A stretch of 64,000 nt of DNA, from the sequence record SRR16203515_705, one strand, 5' to 3'. The position numbers and the translations under genes were made by a program. Shown one piece after another: positions 60,390-64,000 of this stretch; within the stretch, counting starts at the first letter, position 1, and every line of letters begins with the position of its first letter. Below the pieces are notes generated by a model that saw only the letters and a list, made by a program, of their open reading frames with translations, had not been told where the DNA came from and did no database searches.

Positions 60390-60983
60390 TCAGGAGAAAC
60401 AAATCCAGGTGGTAGCAATATATTTGTGATGACTCTGAACTTTTTGCCCCTGATGGAGATGTGTCCAAAACGGAGGAAACAACAAAAGGGTGCCCGTCTC
60501 GGGTCTGACACTCACATCCTGATGAAAAAATTCAGTTTGACCCTCCCCATCGGGCAGTGAATTCAGATACCAAATAGCGACGAGCTGTCGCTGACTCAGC
60601 GGGCCAGGACCTGCGTCTACGTGCCATTGGTAAAACTCCCCTTTAGCCGTACGCTGCAGTTGATATCCCATGTCTTTGAATTTATTCGACGCAAAAAATG
60701 GGTGCAGCCCACTTAGCAAAGACAGGCCGAGCTTCAACGACTCGAACAATGCGCCGTCAACATCCTGCCACTCGGGTCGCCCCGAAATTCGAAGATCCGT
60801 TGACTGTTTAATCGATAGATCAAGCGCGGCATCCGGACCGATGAGGCCCCGCTGATGATGTGGGGATGCCTCAAAACGATTCACAATATCCGCACAACAA
60901 TCAGAATCCAGCGCATCAGGTAAACAGTAGATAAAACTGCCGGGCTTTAATTCCCGGAACGCTCCGGTCATGATTTCGCCCAC
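60390..60983 (-). CDS. 2OG-Fe(II) oxygenase (prolyl-hydroxylase-like)
   Basis: YQWHVD (HxD), WYLN, G.TEF, FPPFWTHLH, KYIATTW. Confidence 0.85.
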   Translation of the reverse strand: MGEIMTGAFRELKPGSFIYCLPDALDSDCCADIVNRFEASPHHQRGLIGPDAALDLSIKQSTDLRISGRPEWQDVDGALFESLKLGLSLLSGLHPFFASNKFKDMGYQLQRTAKGEFYQWHVDAGPGPLSQRQLVAIWYLNSLPDGEGQTEFFHQDVSVRPETGTLLLFPPFWTHLHQGQKVQSHHKYIATTWICFS

Positions 60984-61068
60984 CCATAATGATCAATAAA
61001 TTCGAATGGTGAACCCACCGGAAAATAGAGCAGCCGAACACTGTCCATCCTGAAGCGAAGGTTCATGC

Positions 61069-61884
61069 TCACAACCGCCGGTGGGTGAGCGATGGAAATC
61101 GCGCTCTTCTTTGTTTCGCGGCGGCTCGATCAATTGTGGCAAGCACGACGCCGGGCGACTCAGAACACTCGCCGATCAGCTCTCCCCAAGGCCCCACGAT
61201 CAGGCTGTGTCCATAGGTTTCCCGACCGTGCGGGTGGCGCCCGATCTGCGCCGGCGCGATAACCCAGGCCAGGTTTTCTATTGCGCGGGCGCGCAAAAGC
61301 GTATGCCAATGTGCCCGTCCAGTAGGCACTGTAAAAGCGGACGGGATTGAAAATATTTCGGCACCCCGCTGACTTAACGCGCGATAAAGCTCTGGAAAAC
61401 GCATGTCGTAGCAAATCGTCAGCCCAAACATCATCTCCTCAACGGTTGCAGTCACCAAATCTTCTCCCGAGGCAATATAGCTCGACTCGCGATAAGCCTC
61501 CTCTTCGGAGACCTCAACATCAAAAAGATGGATCTTGTCATAACGACACAGACGTCGACCCGTGCGATCAAACATCAAACAGGAGTTGGTCACCAGCTCA
61601 TCAGCTGCGGGAAAAGGGGTAGAACCACCGATGATCACGACGCCCTGGGCTTTTGCCATCTCACTCAAGAACGCCTCTACCTCTGCGACCCTACGCGCGG
61701 CGTCTTGCCGCTGCTCGTTGGTTTCCGCCATTAACGAAAAATTCTCGGGGAGCCCAATCACATCTGCGCCTCGTGCAGCAGCTTCAATAATTAAACCCCG
61801 AGCCGCCTCTAGATTGTCATCCAGAATCTCATGGGAGTTCATTTGAACTGCGGCCAGAACCAGGGAAGAAAGGGAATCAGTCAT
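61069..61884 (-). CDS. Carbon-nitrogen hydrolase (Nit1/YbeM-like)
   Basis: LPENF, YDKIHLFD, ICYDMRFPE, RARAIEN, GHSLIV.PWG. Confidence 0.92.
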   Translation of the reverse strand: MTDSLSSLVLAAVQMNSHEILDDNLEAARGLIIEAAARGADVIGLPENFSLMAETNEQRQDAARRVAEVEAFLSEMAKAQGVVIIGGSTPFPAADELVTNSCLMFDRTGRRLCRYDKIHLFDVEVSEEEAYRESSYIASGEDLVTATVEEMMFGLTICYDMRFPELYRALSQRGAEIFSIPSAFTVPTGRAHWHTLLRARAIENLAWVIAPAQIGRHPHGRETYGHSLIVGPWGELIGECSESPGVVLATIDRAAAKQRRARFPSLTHRRL

Positions 61885-61890
61885 CAGCCG

Positions 61891-62292
61891 CTAATTATCG
61901 AGCCACGTGGCGGCCGGATCGCCAACCAGAATATCGAGCCTCTGTGGCTCGTCTCCGTTTTCTTGTACCCAGATAATCGAGTTCGGTATGCCGAAGGAAA
62001 TAAGCCATGTTCGAAGATCGTCTGCCCATTGTGCCGCACCCGAATCTGCAAAATGACGAATCTTGATCCGGATCATTTCCTCATCATGAACAGAATTCAG
62101 TATCTGGCGAACCGTATCGTTGGCTAAAACCGTCGATGTACTCACAACGGCAGGCCAATCAGAACGATCGAGTGTCATCCGCTGAACCGTTTCTTCATTG
62201 GCGGTACAGTCCGAAGTCGCACTGAAAAGCCCTATAACGAAAAATGTTGGGAGCGACTTACATCGATGAAAAAATCGAATCATCGAGAACAT
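61891..62292 (-). CDS. Hypothetical exported protein
   Basis: 133 aa with hydrophobic N-terminus; WADDLRTWLISFGI; abuts rng and the nitrilase gene. Confidence 0.65.
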   Translation of the reverse strand: MFSMIRFFHRCKSLPTFFVIGLFSATSDCTANEETVQRMTLDRSDWPAVVSTSTVLANDTVRQILNSVHDEEMIRIKIRHFADSGAAQWADDLRTWLISFGIPNSIIWVQENGDEPQRLDILVGDPAATWLDN

Positions 62293-63804
62293 TTACATCA
62301 GCACCACATCATATTTTTCTTGATTTTGGGACGGCTCAACCTGAAGATGAATCGGCTTACCAATAAACTCCTGAAGATCTGCAAGACCCGTTGACTCCTC
62401 GTCCAGCAAAAGATCGATTACCGATTGGGCGGCGACAACAAGATAGCCTTTCGCCCCAAAGGCACGCGCTTCTCGTAAAATTTCGCGAAAAATTTCATAG
62501 CACACCGTTTGGGCGGTTTTCTGGGTACCGCGGCCACTGCAAACGGGACACGTTTCCGAAATGCCGCGCTCCAGACTTTCTCGTGTTCGCTTGCGAGTCA
62601 CTTCTACCAAACCGAGCACCGACATATCAGCAATCTGACAGCGGGTTCGGTCACGAGCCAGCGCACGTTCAAATGCGCTAACAAGCTGATCCCGATGCTC
62701 CTCATCTTGCATATCAATAAAATCAACAATAATAATGCCGCCAATATTGCGAAGCCGGAGTTGGCGCGCAATCGCTTGCGCGGCCTCCATATTGGTTTTA
62801 AAAAGCGTCTCCTCGAGATTTCGTTTACCAACAAACCGACCCGTGTTGACATCAACCGTGGTCATCGCCTCCGTCTGGTCAAATACCAGGGAGCCCCCCG
62901 ACTTGAGATTGACCGTTCGATCGAGGGCTTTTTGAATCTCGTCTTCAACCGAGTAAAGGTCAAAAATCGGCCGCTCTCCCGGGTAAACCTCAATCCGGCT
63001 CGACATTTCAGGCATCAAATCATCGGCAAACTGACGCATCAAGGCGTAGGTTTCATGAGAATCAACCCGGATTTTCTCGACGTCGTCCCGCGCAAGATCA
63101 CGAATGACCCGAAGCGACAGCGGTAAGTCTGCATGAATTAGCTGAGTCCCTTTTGCCCCTGCCATCTTCTGTTCAATTTGCCGCCAACTGCGGCTGAGAA
63201 ACTCAATATCTTTCCCAAATTGAATTTCTTCCTGAAATTCGGCGGCCGTTCGAACAATAAATCCCGCTGCCATGGACTGTTGGTCAATCGCCGCGTCGAG
63301 CGCCTCCAATAATCGCACCCGTTGATCGAGATCTTGAATGCGCTGAGAGATGCCCCGATGCGTAGACCCTGGCAGTAAAACAAGATAGCGTGACGGAATC
63401 GACAGCTGGGTGGTCAGTCGGGCACCCTTACTGCCAATCGGATCTTTCACAACTTGAACCACGATCTCTTGACCCTCATGCACCAGGTCTGCGATATCCG
63501 GTTTTGAGACTTTTGCTTCTGATGCTGTGACTTCAATCCTTTCTACTTCATCACTTAAACCCGTTGCATCAGGACGATGGGAAATAAAATCAGACGCGTG
63601 CAAAAAGGCAGTGCGCTCGATACCAATATCGACAAACGCGGCCTGCATCCCGGGCAATACACGCACGACTTTTCCCTTGTAAATATTGGCCACAATGCCG
63701 CGACTTCGGCTGCGCTCAATGTGCAACTCCTGAAGACTGCCATTCTCAACAACGGCAACGCGTGTCTCCTGTGGCGTCACGTTGACTAATAGTTCTTCGC
63801 TCAT
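62293..63804 (-). CDS. rng: Ribonuclease G
   Basis: [52 protein letters not shown] 63804. Confidence 0.96.
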   Translation of the reverse strand: MSEELLVNVTPQETRVAVVENGSLQELHIERSRSRGIVANIYKGKVVRVLPGMQAAFVDIGIERTAFLHASDFISHRPDATGLSDEVERIEVTASEAKVSKPDIADLVHEGQEIVVQVVKDPIGSKGARLTTQLSIPSRYLVLLPGSTHRGISQRIQDLDQRVRLLEALDAAIDQQSMAAGFIVRTAAEFQEEIQFGKDIEFLSRSWRQIEQKMAGAKGTQLIHADLPLSLRVIRDLARDDVEKIRVDSHETYALMRQFADDLMPEMSSRIEVYPGERPIFDLYSVEDEIQKALDRTVNLKSGGSLVFDQTEAMTTVDVNTGRFVGKRNLEETLFKTNMEAAQAIARQLRLRNIGGIIIVDFIDMQDEEHRDQLVSAFERALARDRTRCQIADMSVLGLVEVTRKRTRESLERGISETCPVCSGRGTQKTAQTVCYEIFREILREARAFGAKGYLVVAAQSVIDLLLDEESTGLADLQEFIGKPIHLQVEPSQNQEKYDVVLM

Positions 63805-64000
63805 TTTTCGATGCGCCGGTGATGCCAAGTCGGATAAACGTTTGCGTTCTTGAGCAGCCTGAATGTCTCACGAATTGGCAGGCCCATCACGCCATAATAA
63901 CTGCCCCGAAGATTCTCGACGAAAACCGCCGCCCGACCTTGGATCGCATATCCACCCGCCTTATCAAATGGCTCCTTGCTCGCACAATAATCATCAATTA
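63801..64000 (-). CDS. maf: Maf/YhdE nucleotide pyrophosphatase (3' end only)
   Basis: Hand translation: [38 protein letters not shown]...IEK*; ATGA overlap with rng. Confidence 0.9.
   Translation of the reverse strand, partial: IDDYCASKEPFDKAGGYAIQGRAAVFVENLRGSYYGVMGLPIRETFRLLKNANVYPTWHHRRIEK

Noticed and set aside
60390-60983. Prophage remnant suggested by a 2OG-Fe(II) oxygenase of a type also seen in marine phages
   Set aside because: No phage structural, integrase or replication genes are nearby, and the family is common in cellular genomes.

Overview
A 64-kb, roughly 50% GC chromosomal segment of a sulfur-oxidising gammaproteobacterium; the taxonomy is inferred from gene families and gene order only. 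It contains most of a reverse-Dsr sulfur oxidation pathway: aprMBA, dsrABEFHCMKLJOPNR, a detached dsrS, soxXYZAB (no soxCD) and tusA-dsrE2. These are interleaved with housekeeping blocks: tldD-pmbA, tatABC, the his cluster, murA-grxD-ibaG-mlaC, kdsD-lptCAB-rpoN-PTS, bepA and nit-rng-maf. I found no rRNA, tRNA, transposase, integrase or CRISPR array. Main observations: (1) a CRISPR-less Cas6 (Cmx6-like) gene in an operon divergent from dsrA, with a TauD-like dioxygenase, a cysteine-free DsrC paralogue and small unknown genes, which is a candidate RNA-level control system for sulfur oxidation; (2) a recurring 7-2-7 palindrome about 31 bp upstream of -10-like hexamers at four sulfur-gene promoters, next to a NarL-family two-component system; (3) dsrS interrupted by one in-frame TGA with an intact C-terminus; (4) remodelled envelope transport, with LptA fused to two SH3b domains, a short LptC, and an MMPL/RND pump in place of mlaFED beside mlaC; (5) a his cluster lacking hisG and hisE. 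All family calls are from motif recognition, not database searches.
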